Below, in pieces: positions 18,249 through 28,464 of a stretch of 64,000 nt of DNA. Source of the DNA: Firmicutes bacterium UBA2203 (GTDB taxonomy: Bacteria > Bacillota > Desulfotomaculia > Desulfotomaculales > Nap2-2B); NCBI GenBank assembly GCA_002327235.1, contig DCUX01000046.1:4032-68031 (forward strand), in the 5' to 3' direction. A model generated the notes under the pieces. It was not told the origin of the DNA and searched no databases. It worked only from the letters and a program-made list of their open reading frames with translations. The first letter of the stretch is position 1; the number at the start of each line of letters is the position of its first letter. The position numbers and the translations under genes were made by a program.

Positions 18249-18692
18249 GTGACAGAAGAAAAAAACTATCGATTTGCCGGTTGCATGGGGGAATCGCTGT
18301 CAGCCCTGGCTGCCGAATTAGATTACTTTCACAGGGCTGAATTTGTACTGAGTTTTATCGGAGGCGCTATCCCTTACAAAGTTGCGGATGTCCAGTTGCC
18401 GGTTCAAACACTTGCTGAAAATGGTGATTGTGACTGCAAGTCTATTCTTTTGGCTGCCATTCTGAAAAACATGGGGTATAGAGTTGCTCTGGTAGAGTTT
18501 CCGGATCACTTTGCTGTAGGAATAGCTTTTGAAGATGATCAGGTTCCGTCTAACCGAGACCTCTTATATTACGATTATGAAGGAACAAAAGGAACAAAAT
18601 ATTACTTTGCCGAGACGACAACACCGGGATGGCGAATCGGTGACGCCAGCAGCAAAAGCAGGAAAAACGCATTTTTGTTTCCCGTTAAGTAA
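18249..18692 (+). CDS. Hypothetical protein with transglutaminase-like Cys/His core (GDCDCKSILLAAILKNMGY...PDHFAVG)
   Basis: 147-aa ORF. Its frame is open from 18195 and overlaps the end of the previous ORF, so the two may be one gene split by a frameshift. Confidence 0.4.
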   Translation: MTEEKNYRFAGCMGESLSALAAELDYFHRAEFVLSFIGGAIPYKVADVQLPVQTLAENGDCDCKSILLAAILKNMGYRVALVEFPDHFAVGIAFEDDQVPSNRDLLYYDYEGTKGTKYYFAETTTPGWRIGDASSKSRKNAFLFPVK

Positions 18693-18915
18693 CAACCTGC
18701 AAATACACTTTACCTTTAAATGCTCATATTTATTTGCGCCATAATTCTAAGCCAAGTTCGCCAATTTACCATATACATAATATGGTTGATGTGACATAAT
18801 GTGCCGTCAATTAAAAGAGAAGAATCGCGGGATATTTTTTTTAATAATATTTAAATTTAGATAAAAAAAGTTATAATAATTATAGTCAATAATATTTTCT
18901 TTATTTTGGTGAAAA

Positions 18916-19926
18916 ATGAATTTAAAACAGCTGGAAGTATTTTTATGGGTTGCCGAGTTAAAAGGTTTTAACAAAGCTGCCAAAAGGTTATACATGAGCC
19001 AGCCTGCGGTAAGTTTTCAAATCCAGTCATTAGAAGAATTACTTGGTGTAAAACTCTTCTGGCGAAATGAAAAAAATGTTATTCTTACTGAAGCCGGGAA
19101 ACTGTTATTTGAGCAGGCGAAGCAGGTAGTTGCCCATTATTATAAGATTAAATCAGCCATCAATGATCTGAAAGAATTAAAAACAGGATCTTTTACAATT
19201 GGAGCGAGTACCATTCCTGGTGAATACGTACTGCCGAAATTAATCGGGAACTTTCACCGGCAGTTTCCGGGAATTCAAATAAATATGCGGATAGCGGGAA
19301 GCGCACAGGTTGAAACGTGGCTTTTAAACCGCGATATAGACATAGGTTTTTGCGGCACACCGATTTCAGGCAAGGAAATCGAATGTTTGCCTTTTCTAAC
19401 TGACCACTTGGTTTTGATTGCCCCGCCGGATCATTTCCGGAAAGCCGGCGAGGAAGTAAAGATTAACAATCTAATCAGGGAAAAGTTTATTTTAAGGGAA
19501 AGCGGCTCCGGAACACGGAAAACTTTTGAAGCAAGCCTTGCCAGGAGTGGTATTTCTAAAGAACAATTAAACGTTGTTATGGAAATGGGTAGTACCCGGG
19601 CTATAATTACCGCCGTGGAAGCCGGTTTGGGGGTAAGCGTTGTTTCGTTTTTAGCTGCCCGGGAACCTTTATTGCTTGGATTAATCAAGGAAATTCCTGT
19701 TCATGACCTTGATCTGAACAGAAAGTTATATGTTATTCGCGATCAAATCTGGATGAATAATTTTGCTGCTGAAGCATTCCATAATTTTATTTCCGCAGGG
19801 TCCCCGGATAACCAAGGACCCTTTGCAGATAAACTTTTTTACTCCTGTTTTGTGATGTCAATTTTGACTATTTTTATGTCCTGTGCTGGTTTTCCATTAG
19901 CATCGGTTTTAACGGCGGCTATTTGA
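18916..19926 (+). CDS. LysR family transcriptional regulator
   Basis: N-terminal wHTH LKQLEVFLWVAELKGFNKAAKRLYMSQPAVSFQIQSLE. About 35 aa longer than usual, running 88 nt into the convergent PPIase gene. Confidence 0.85.
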   Translation: MNLKQLEVFLWVAELKGFNKAAKRLYMSQPAVSFQIQSLEELLGVKLFWRNEKNVILTEAGKLLFEQAKQVVAHYYKIKSAINDLKELKTGSFTIGASTIPGEYVLPKLIGNFHRQFPGIQINMRIAGSAQVETWLLNRDIDIGFCGTPISGKEIECLPFLTDHLVLIAPPDHFRKAGEEVKINNLIREKFILRESGSGTRKTFEASLARSGISKEQLNVVMEMGSTRAIITAVEAGLGVSVVSFLAAREPLLLGLIKEIPVHDLDLNRKLYVIRDQIWMNNFAAEAFHNFISAGSPDNQGPFADKLFYSCFVMSILTIFMSCAGFPLASVLTAAI

Positions 19927-20600
19927 TCAACGACATCAATTCCCTCAAAAACCTGGCCAAAAACAGTATGATGGTTGTCAAGCCATGGCGTTCCGCCGTT
20001 ATTTATGTAACTGTCAATGAGTTCCTGATTAAAACCGTTCTGGCGCATCCATTGCTGGAGATTATCTTCAATCGTATTTTTTTGTACGATAAAGAATTGG
20101 CTTCCATTTGTATTGGGCCCGCTGTTGGCCATGGAAAGCGCTCCCCTGTAGTTATGCAGGTTGTCGCTGAATTCATCTTCAAAAGGTTTTTTCCAGATGC
20201 TCTGGCCTCCTGTGCCGTTTCCCAGCGGGTCACCGCCCTGGATCATAAAATTGTTAATTATTCTGTGGAAGGTTAAGCCGTTATAATAACCTGATGCTGC
20301 AAGCTTAGTGAAATTTTCTACGGCTTTGGGCGTCTCTTTGGGGAAAAACTTAACTTTTATGACTCCCATAGTAGTTGTAATAATTGCAATAATATCGCCT
20401 TTTTCGGGAGGGGCTAACTGATCCTGGTCTGGTTTCATTGGGTTATTTGCACCTGCCTCACTTGATTTTGATTCCTGTTTTATAGGTTGGGTAAATTCGG
20501 GTTTTGATGTTTTGCCGCATCCGGGTAAGATTATTAAAAGTAAAATAAGTGATAAGATAAATCTTTTTTTCATTTTTATAGCCATCCCTTTCTGAAGCAT
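19839..20600 (-). CDS. Cyclophilin-type peptidyl-prolyl cis-trans isomerase, lipoprotein
   Basis: 253 aa. Lipobox LPGCGK. FHRIINNFMIQGGDP and HTVFGQV motifs. Confidence 0.9.
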   Translation of the reverse strand: MLQKGMAIKMKKRFILSLILLLIILPGCGKTSKPEFTQPIKQESKSSEAGANNPMKPDQDQLAPPEKGDIIAIITTTMGVIKVKFFPKETPKAVENFTKLAASGYYNGLTFHRIINNFMIQGGDPLGNGTGGQSIWKKPFEDEFSDNLHNYRGALSMANSGPNTNGSQFFIVQKNTIEDNLQQWMRQNGFNQELIDSYINNGGTPWLDNHHTVFGQVFEGIDVVDQIAAVKTDANGKPAQDIKIVKIDITKQE

Positions 20601-21013
20601 AAAATTTCATGAAAGAATTTCTTTCAGATTTGCCCTCCGATAGTACACTCCTTTTTACATGTTGGTATCCTTTTTTTCAAAATATATTGTAACCCAAAAT
20701 CTGTTTTCTTGCATATTTAATTCTAACGGTTTATGGTATTTTCTAGTTTAGACATAATCTTAATCGTAAAAGGGCGCCTGCGTATAAGCTGGTTAACCTT
20801 TTTACCTTTCCTTGTGAGGAGGCGCAAGATGAATTTCAGGTTTATAGTTGGTTTATAGTTTTTAAGGCTTCCGGGCAAGGACCAGGGATGTAATTGATTT
20901 GATTTTATAATTTGTCAGGCGGAACAGACTGCATTAAGAGGAATTTTCTACTTTACCCCAAGTATAATATATCAACGCCTTGAATGTTTATTTAAGAAAA
21001 CAAGCCTGGCTAA

Positions 21014-22156
21014 TTGAAAAAAGGGGGTCGGAAGTTGGGCAGAGGGAAAATAAAACATTTATTTCCGGGAGGAAATACTTCGGTCGGCTTTTTTTCATAT
21101 TACTCAAACATAATCGATCTAACAAGGGCAACCCGTGTTTTTGTAATAAAAGGCGGGCCGGGTGTGGGGAAATCTACCTTCATGCGTAGGATTGGAGATG
21201 AGATGACGGAAAGGGGCTATGATATTGAACACCACCATTGTTCCTCGGACAATGGCTCGCTTGACGGTGTTGTTATTCCTGCGTTTGGGATTGCCCTGAT
21301 TGACGGAACCAGCCCTCATGTAGTTGATCCCCGTTATCCCGGCGCCGTTGATGAGATAATTAACCTTGGGGAATATTGGGACGAGGAAAAGCTCCGGGGA
21401 AGCAGGGAACAGATTTTGGAGGACAGCAATCTTTTGGGACAGCTTTTTCCTGCGGCATACTCTCAGCTTGCGGAGGCTAAAGCTAAAATAGCCCGGGATG
21501 ACGCTGAAGGCTGTGTTGCTGCTTGTATGGATTTCTTTGGTGTCAATAAAATTACGCTTGATTTAATTGGTGAAATAACGGGAGGTTTACGGGGCAGCGG
21601 GAAGAGTTCTCTGAAAAGGCATCTGTTCTGTTCCGCAATTACTCCCGACGGCGTAAAGCACTTTATAGAAAGTCTCCTGGATGGAATTGAGAAAATATAC
21701 CTGATTGAAGGGCGTCCTGGCAGCGGCCGCTCCTGCCTTGTGGAAAAGATAGCCTGGGAAGCGCAGCTTAGGGGACTGGACACAGAAGTTTACCACTGCG
21801 CTTTTGAGCCTCAGAAAGTGATCTTGTGATTATCCCGGAGGCGAAGTCCGCTGTACTCAAGAATGCGGAGGAATTCGGTTTTAAGCCCGAAACAGTGAGT
21901 GGTATAAATACAAATGTAATAAACCTTAACAGCTGCCTTCATCAAACAAGGTTGGAAAGCGGCAATGACCGGCTTTTCAGCGCCGGACAGCGTTTTACAG
22001 CGGCGTTCAACCGGGCGGTAGGTTATCTAAGTGAGGCCAAACAGGTCCATGACCATTTGGAGAGCTTCTATGTACAGGCGATGGATTTTGAACAGCCATA
22101 GAGAAAAAGAGAATTAACATTTTGCAGCGTATCCTCGGTTATGCGCTGGAAAAGTA
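21014..22156 (+). pseudogene. Two-P-loop ATPase of unknown function, split by two frameshifts
   Basis: GGPGVGKST and GRPGSGRS Walker A motifs. ORFs 21014-21829 and 21826-22101 plus a third-frame tail to 22156 (EKKRINILQRILGYALEK*). Adding one G at about 21818 restores ...QKVDLVIIPE... Confidence 0.6.
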
Positions 22157-22238
22157 AGTCTTATGATCGGGTTTTACGAATCAGGGTTTTCCTATTTTCC
22201 TAACCCGGCATAGCCGGAACCAAAAAGGTTTTTAACAT

Positions 22239-22277
22239 CCCATGCTGAAATATATCAGAAAATAATCTCAGCATGGG
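22239..22277. repeat. Perfect 10-bp inverted repeat (CCCATGCTGA ... TCAGCATGGG) 10 nt upstream of the next ORF
   Basis: Read directly from the sequence. Function unknown (operator, terminator or element end). Confidence 0.5.
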
Positions 22278-22286
22278 GGCAAACAA

Positions 22287-23310
22287 ATGTTGCTTACAGA
22301 ACGTTACAAAGAACAGATAACTGGAGTCATCTCCTGCTATGACAGACTGGTTATCCAGGATACTCTCCCGGGATGGTGTTTCGCCGGCGGCATGACATCG
22401 TTTCTCAATGCCAACAAGATCAGAATCTTTGACTACCCGCAGTTTGCCAATGCCTTAAGAGAAGAGATTCGCTCACATGCAGAGGCGATAGCTAGGGAAA
22501 ATGATCTTGAGATGGAGCATCATGCAGGTAGAATACGCAACCGATATTGCCTTCAAGAAACAGGCCGATCTCGGACTGCTTTATGAAACGCTGGTACGTA
22601 CCGCCGTCCACTTTCGTAAAACCGGAAAACATCGCCTCCTTCCTGGGCAGAAACTTCACTGGAACTACCAGGGCGAAATGGGCAACAACTTCAACACACG
22701 CATTCTCGGTACGAGAATCAAGCACCAGATGGGTGCAGCCTCAATTAAGATGTACGACAAGTTTGGGATCGTCTTGCGGATTGAAACAACCACCAACGAT
22801 GTCTCCCAGTTCCGACATAGGCGTGAAGTCCAGCGCCATGACGGGAGCAGGGATAGCAAGGTTGCCCCAATGAAAAAGAGCATTTATAGTCTCTACATCC
22901 TGGCCCAGTTGCTCAAAGACTCTAACCGTCGCTACCTTGAATTTATCTCCACATTTGACGATCCCAGCGACGGAATAAAGAAGCTTTTTAAAATCTCTGA
23001 TCCTGTCAAAGATGATGACAGAAGCTACAAAGGTTTCAATTTCTTCAGCCAGGCTGACCAGAAGCTTTTTGAAGTCCTGGCGCGGGGTGAATTTAACATC
23101 AATGGTTTTCAAAACAAGGTGATCCGTAAATTCATCCCTGACTCGAGCCCTTCATCCGTCACCAGGATCTTGAAGCGTCTTTCGCTCCACGGCCTCATTA
23201 AAAAAGTTGCGAGGTCCCGTAAATACTATCTCACCAAATTGGGGAAGGCCGTCATCACTACTGGATTAAAAACAAGGGCGCTTTTTGTCATCCCCAGTTT
23301 GGTTGTTTAG
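22287..23310 (+). pseudogene. Uncharacterised protein with C-terminal winged-helix-like domain, frameshifted (possibly mobile-element-borne)
   Basis: ORFs 22287-22586 and 22501-23310 overlap in different frames. C-terminus VTRILKRLSLHGLIKKVARSRKYYLTKLGK is MarR/wHTH-like. No transposase family recognised. Confidence 0.35.
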
Positions 23311-23459
23311 AGCTCACTGTTGCGAAATTTTCTTTCCACTTTGCGAAGATGTTCGGATTTAAGGGCCTAAAGAAGTATTCAAAAATGCTTGCTGATATGG
23401 CTGGGGTTGAAGATCTCACCGAGCTTGAAGATGTTTAGCCTAAAAAAATGTTTTTCAAT

Positions 23460-23520
23460 GCTCTTTGGCTAATTCGTACTTCAGCCTCTCGGACATTAAG
23501 CCGCGACGCATTCTTCCCAT
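23460..23520 (-). pseudogene. 5' fragment (about 20 codons) of an alpha/beta-type SASP gene
   Basis: 58/61 nt identical to 9249-9309. Encodes MGRMRRGLMSERLKYELAKE then H-stop. No SD upstream. Confidence 0.8.
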
Positions 23521-23549
23521 AGGCTTTTTCAAATAGGAATGAGAGCTGG

Positions 23550-25334
23550 CTATAATTTTGGGGGTAAATTTTTATCTGGGTTAACTATAATTGTGTGGTG
23601 GTTAGTATAAGTTACAAAACCAGGCCTTGTCCCAGGGGGTTTTTTAACGTGTTTCCGGTCGGTATAATCTACGGGAACATTGTGAGACTGCCGGGCCCGG
23701 CTGTAAAAAGCCGCTAATATTGCCGCTTCCTGAAGGGTGGCAGGGGGTACGGGCTGTCCGTTGGTTTTGATGATCACGTGGGAGCCGGGAATTTCCTTGG
23801 TGTGCAACCATACGTCATTTTCTTGAGCCAGGCGCATGGTCAAATAATCATTTTGCCGGTTATTTTTTCCCACGAGAATGGTTAAGTTATCGGAAGAAAT
23901 AAATTTTAAAGGGAGGCTAGTTTTTTGTTTGGGTTCGGGTTTATCTTTACTTTTTTGGCCGGTGGTTGCTTTAGCAAGGTAACCGGTATTCATAAGCTCC
24001 TGGCTTATTTCGGCCAGGTCGTCTAAGGTACCTGTCTGCTGCAAAGCGGTTTCCACGCTTAAAAGATAAAACCACTCTTGGCGCGCTTTTTCTAGCAAAG
24101 ACTGGACAGCCAGGCGGGCTTTTTTGGCTTTTTGATACTTCTTAAAAAAAGCTTTCGCGTTTTCTACCGGGGAAAACTGCGGGTCCAGGGAAATTAAAAC
24201 GCGGGATGAAGGGTCATGAAAATCGGCTAAACTTACTTCGGTTAGTCCCTTTTCTAAACAATAGGCGTTAGCCAGTAATAATTCACCGTATAACTTAAAT
24301 TTTTCCGCTTTGGCTGCTTCGGTTAGGTTTTCTTCCCAAGTGGAAATTTTTTTGACCTGGTAATCTACTTCTTTTTGTACTAAAGAAATCAAGCGCTGTT
24401 TTTTCTGGTTAAAGCTGGAACGTTCCTCCCGAAAGGTAAAAAATTGGTCAACAAGGGCATTCATGGTAGCCTTATGAGCGGCTAGTTTTTTCAAGTGGGT
24501 TAAGGGAAAAGCAGCAAATTCCACCGGCTCACCGGCTTCATTAACCATAAGCGCAGGCTGAAAGTCTCCCTGTCTGACTTTTGAGCAAAGAAGCTTTAGT
24601 TTTTGCCCCAAGACATTTACTTCGTATTCCCCGCACTCGTTTAAGGTTAGGTCTGCCGACAGCCCGGCATGGTATATTATTTCCCGGCTCATTAAGGTAC
24701 TCAATCCCTCAACGCGCCGCTGTAAAATTTGCTCTAGTTTGGCCGCTAAAGGTTGTTGCCAGATGTCCTCCTGAAAATTTGCTTCATTTAAAGTACTAAG
24801 GGCAAGCTTATCCTGTTTTGGCGGGTGAAGGTAAGGACGGCCCGGCAGGACTTCCCGGTAGCGGCTGATATTAAAAGAGTACCGTTTTATACCGTCAATA
24901 ATTGTTTGGGTGGCCGCGTCAACCAAAATAATGTTGCTATGTTTTCCCATTATTTCACAAACCAGGTTTTTTTGGGTTAACTGGTTTATCTCATTTCTTA
25001 CTTCAATTTGAAAAATTAATATTCTATCTAAACCTTCCTGAACCAGGTTAACAATACGCCCTCCCTCTAAATGTTTGCGTAAAACCATACAAAAAAGAGG
25101 CGGTGAAGCCGGATTCCCCTTGGCGTGTCCGGTCAGGTGAATTCTTGCCTCGCTGGCGTGGGCCGAAATTAAAAGCCGGTACCGTTTTCCCGGCTGGCGC
25201 AAGATAACGTTTAGCTCCAAAGGAGCAGGCTGGTATATCCGGTCAATTCGGCTGCCCAATAGGGGCGTTATATTTAACGTCCCGTCAATTAACTCTTTTT
25301 TTATGGCGGCTAAAACAAGCCCGTCAAAAGGCAT
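23550..25334 (-). CDS. rqcH: RqcH / NFACT-family ribosome quality control protein (fibronectin-binding protein A-like, YloA)
   Basis: 594 aa. N-terminal MPFDG...L, central coiled coil, C-terminal DUF814-like ...WLHTKEIPGSHVII.... Confidence 0.85.
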   Translation of the reverse strand: MPFDGLVLAAIKKELIDGTLNITPLLGSRIDRIYQPAPLELNVILRQPGKRYRLLISAHASEARIHLTGHAKGNPASPPLFCMVLRKHLEGGRIVNLVQEGLDRILIFQIEVRNEINQLTQKNLVCEIMGKHSNIILVDAATQTIIDGIKRYSFNISRYREVLPGRPYLHPPKQDKLALSTLNEANFQEDIWQQPLAAKLEQILQRRVEGLSTLMSREIIYHAGLSADLTLNECGEYEVNVLGQKLKLLCSKVRQGDFQPALMVNEAGEPVEFAAFPLTHLKKLAAHKATMNALVDQFFTFREERSSFNQKKQRLISLVQKEVDYQVKKISTWEENLTEAAKAEKFKLYGELLLANAYCLEKGLTEVSLADFHDPSSRVLISLDPQFSPVENAKAFFKKYQKAKKARLAVQSLLEKARQEWFYLLSVETALQQTGTLDDLAEISQELMNTGYLAKATTGQKSKDKPEPKQKTSLPLKFISSDNLTILVGKNNRQNDYLTMRLAQENDVWLHTKEIPGSHVIIKTNGQPVPPATLQEAAILAAFYSRARQSHNVPVDYTDRKHVKKPPGTRPGFVTYTNHHTIIVNPDKNLPPKL

Positions 25335-25495
25335 GGTCTTTTACTCCCTAATCAATTTAACCATCAGTCATTGGTAGCTCGGGGTGTTTTTCCTATGATT
25401 ACTCCTTTATGGACGAACAGCAGGTCTCCTAGGTAAAAGGCATAGCCATATTCATCACTAACGGTCAATTTTAGTTGCCTGGCTACTGGTTTAAG

Positions 25496-25523
25496 GTAGG
25501 GGCGTTAAATTTAACGCCCCTAC
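25496..25523. repeat. Family-A 28-bp palindrome GTAGGGGCGTTAAATTTAACGCCCCTAC
   Basis: Perfect palindrome. The same 28-mer or near-identical copies occur at 48488, 50487, 52080, 60438 and 62992. Confidence 0.9.
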
Positions 25524-25645
25524 TGATAGCATTATACCAATTTTTTAGCCTCTTCGCCAACTGGATTTATGGTTGGGGTGTTATAATTTTCCTTATTTTT
25601 GCGTATTTATAGTGGTAAATCCTCTATAAAGGGAGGGAAGGTATT

Positions 25646-28417
25646 ATGCACTGGTCTTCTTTAAGCTCAAAAGAGCTGGCGGAAGTTCTGCAAACTGATA
25701 TAAGCAGGGGACTGACGGAGAAAGAGGCCCGAAAAAGGCAAGCCCAGTTTGGCCCCAATCAATTAACGGCGGCCAGGCAAGCTCCTGTATGGATGGTTTT
25801 TATAAATCAGTTTGGGGATTTTATGGTCTTAATTTTACTGGCGGCGACTATTATTTCTGTTTTTTTGAGTGAATTTGCCGATGCGGCCACCATAATGATT
25901 ATTGTTGTTTTAAATGCTTGTTTGGGTTGCTTTCAGGAATACCGGGCCGAACGCTCTTTGAGGGCCTTAAAAGAACTAACCGCTCCTATGGCTTACGTAA
26001 AGAGAAACAACCTGGGACAAAAAATTCCGGCCCAAGAGATTGTGCCGGGCGACCTTGTTTTTTTGGAAACGGGGGACCGGGTACCGGCCGATATACGCCT
26101 TATCCAGGTGACTGATTTTGAAGTTGAAGAAGCCATCTTAACCGGTGAATCAATACCGGTAAAAAAAACCACGCAAACCTTGCCCAAAGCTCCCCCGTCC
26201 TTTCAAGACGCTCATAATATGGTTTATGCCGGTACCATAGTGACCCGGGGGCGGGGTCAAGGGGTAGTGGTGGGCACCGGAATGAGTACGGAAATGGGAC
26301 ATATCGCCACCATGTTACAGGAAATAACTATTCACCAGACCCCCTTGCAACAACAGTTAGCGCATACAGGCCGCTCTCTGGTTATTTTTTGCCTGGGCAT
26401 TTGCGCGCTGCTTATTCTGGCCGGCGTTTACCGGGGGGAGCCGGTTTACCAGATGCTTTTAGCCGGGGTAAGCCTGGCGGTAGCCGCAATTCCAGAGGGA
26501 CTACCGGCCATTGTAACCATAGTTTTAGCGTTAGGGGTGCAGCGAATGATCAAGCGGCAGGCAGTTATCCGGAAACTGCCGGCTGTTGAAACCCTTGGCT
26601 GTACTACGGTTATTTGTGCCGACAAGACAGGCACCCTTACCCAGAATGAAATGACCGTATGCCAAATAACTCTTGGGCAGGAGCGGATAGAGGTAACCGG
26701 GCGCGGCTACGAACCGAAAGGGGAGTTTATCCCGGCCACGGTAGATAGAAAAGATGAATTTTGGTTATTTCTTAAAACTGCCGCTTTATGCAATAACGCT
26801 ATTCTTAAGCGGGGCAAGATTAGCCTTCCCGGCTTTTGGCGGGGAACAAGACAAAATAGGCCGGAATATCTTTGGGGTATTCACGGTGATCCAACCGAAG
26901 GTGCCCTTTTAGTAATGGCCGCTAAAAAAGGAGTTTGGCGGGAAGAACTGGAAAAAAAGGAACAAAGGGTGGCCGAAATTCCTTTTGAGGCGGAGCGAAA
27001 ATTAATGACGGTGGTTTACCGCCAGGCAAATAAAAAACTAACTGCTTATACTAAGGGAGCCCCTGAAGTTTTACTTGGTTTATGTACTCATTATTGTTTA
27101 GGGGGTCGTTATATCCCTCTTAACCAGGGAGACAAGGAAAAAATCCTTAAGCTAAACAATGATTTAGCCGGTCAGGCCTTACGCGTTTTAGCCCTGGCTT
27201 ACCGTGAACTACCGCAAGACTTGGTTGAATTTAGTACTCCCGTGGTAGAGCAAAAACTTATTTTTCTTGGCCTGGTGGCCTGTATTGATCCGCCCCGGTT
27301 GAGCGCAGCGGCGGCAATAAAAAAATGCCGGCAGGCCGGAATTAAGGTTATCATGATTACAGGTGATCATTTGATTACGGCTAAAGCAATAGCCAAAGAA
27401 TTGGGTTTAGATAAACCGGAGAGTCAGGCTTTAACCGGCAATGCCTTAGAGGCTATTTCTGATGAAGAGTTAAGCCGGACCGTTAAAACAGTATCCGTGT
27501 TTGCCCGCGTTTCGCCAAAACACAAGCTGCGAATTGTCCGGTCACTAAAGAAAGCAGGTGAGGTGGTGGCTATGACTGGTGACGGGGTAAATGACGCTCC
27601 GGCCATCAAGGAGGCAAATGTAGGGATTGCCATGGGCCAAAAAGGAACTGACGTAGCCCGGGAGGCAGCCGCTATGGTATTAACGGACGATAACTTTGCT
27701 TCCATTGTGGCGGCGGTTGAAGAGGGCCGCGGGGTATACGCCAATATCCGCAAGTTTATTCGCTACCTCTTAAGCTGCAACATGGGAGAGGTACTGGTAA
27801 TGTTTCTGGCTCTGCTGTCCGGCTTGCCTCTTCCTTTAGTGCCTATTCAAATTTTATGGATGAATCTGGTCACCGACGGATTACCGGCTATGGCCTTGGG
27901 AATTGAACCACCCGAAAAAAATATTATGCACCGGCCCCCTCGCCAACCGAAAGAAAGTATTTTTGCCCAAGGCATGGGGGGACAAATTTTAAGCAGCGGT
28001 TTTTTTATTGGCCTAGGAACGTGGCTGATTTTTGCTTTTTACCTAAGGGAAAGCGGTAATTTAACTTTAGCCCGGACTATGGCTTTTTGTACCCTGGTGT
28101 TTTTCCAGTTATTTTATGTATTTACTTGCCGGACGGAAGATTATACTCTTAAATGGTCTAATCTTTTTACCAATTCCCTGCTGGTTGCGGCGGTGTTATT
28201 TTCCTTGCTATTACAAATAGCGGTAATATACTTCCCATTTTTGCAGGCTGTTTTTCACACCATTCCCTTAAACTTGGAACATTGGGTGGTGATTACTCTT
28301 ACGGCACTTACTTTGCCCTTGTTTAACCTGCTTGTTTATCAAAAAATAAGCCTGCGTAAAAAAAATTTAACTATGGAGATGAAAAAGCAGGAAATAATAA
28401 ATTTAAAGCGAATATAG
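25646..28417 (+). CDS. P-type Ca2+-transporting ATPase (P2A/YloB-like)
   Basis: 923 aa. [15 protein letters not shown] and [10 protein letters not shown] motifs, 10 TM layout. Confidence 0.9.
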   Translation: MHWSSLSSKELAEVLQTDISRGLTEKEARKRQAQFGPNQLTAARQAPVWMVFINQFGDFMVLILLAATIISVFLSEFADAATIMIIVVLNACLGCFQEYRAERSLRALKELTAPMAYVKRNNLGQKIPAQEIVPGDLVFLETGDRVPADIRLIQVTDFEVEEAILTGESIPVKKTTQTLPKAPPSFQDAHNMVYAGTIVTRGRGQGVVVGTGMSTEMGHIATMLQEITIHQTPLQQQLAHTGRSLVIFCLGICALLILAGVYRGEPVYQMLLAGVSLAVAAIPEGLPAIVTIVLALGVQRMIKRQAVIRKLPAVETLGCTTVICADKTGTLTQNEMTVCQITLGQERIEVTGRGYEPKGEFIPATVDRKDEFWLFLKTAALCNNAILKRGKISLPGFWRGTRQNRPEYLWGIHGDPTEGALLVMAAKKGVWREELEKKEQRVAEIPFEAERKLMTVVYRQANKKLTAYTKGAPEVLLGLCTHYCLGGRYIPLNQGDKEKILKLNNDLAGQALRVLALAYRELPQDLVEFSTPVVEQKLIFLGLVACIDPPRLSAAAAIKKCRQAGIKVIMITGDHLITAKAIAKELGLDKPESQALTGNALEAISDEELSRTVKTVSVFARVSPKHKLRIVRSLKKAGEVVAMTGDGVNDAPAIKEANVGIAMGQKGTDVAREAAAMVLTDDNFASIVAAVEEGRGVYANIRKFIRYLLSCNMGEVLVMFLALLSGLPLPLVPIQILWMNLVTDGLPAMALGIEPPEKNIMHRPPRQPKESIFAQGMGGQILSSGFFIGLGTWLIFAFYLRESGNLTLARTMAFCTLVFFQLFYVFTCRTEDYTLKWSNLFTNSLLVAAVLFSLLLQIAVIYFPFLQAVFHTIPLNLEHWVVITLTALTLPLFNLLVYQKISLRKKNLTMEMKKQEIINLKRI

Positions 28418-28464
28418 CCGCATATAAACATAAAATCTGAAGTAGGAGTAAAAATTATAAAAAA

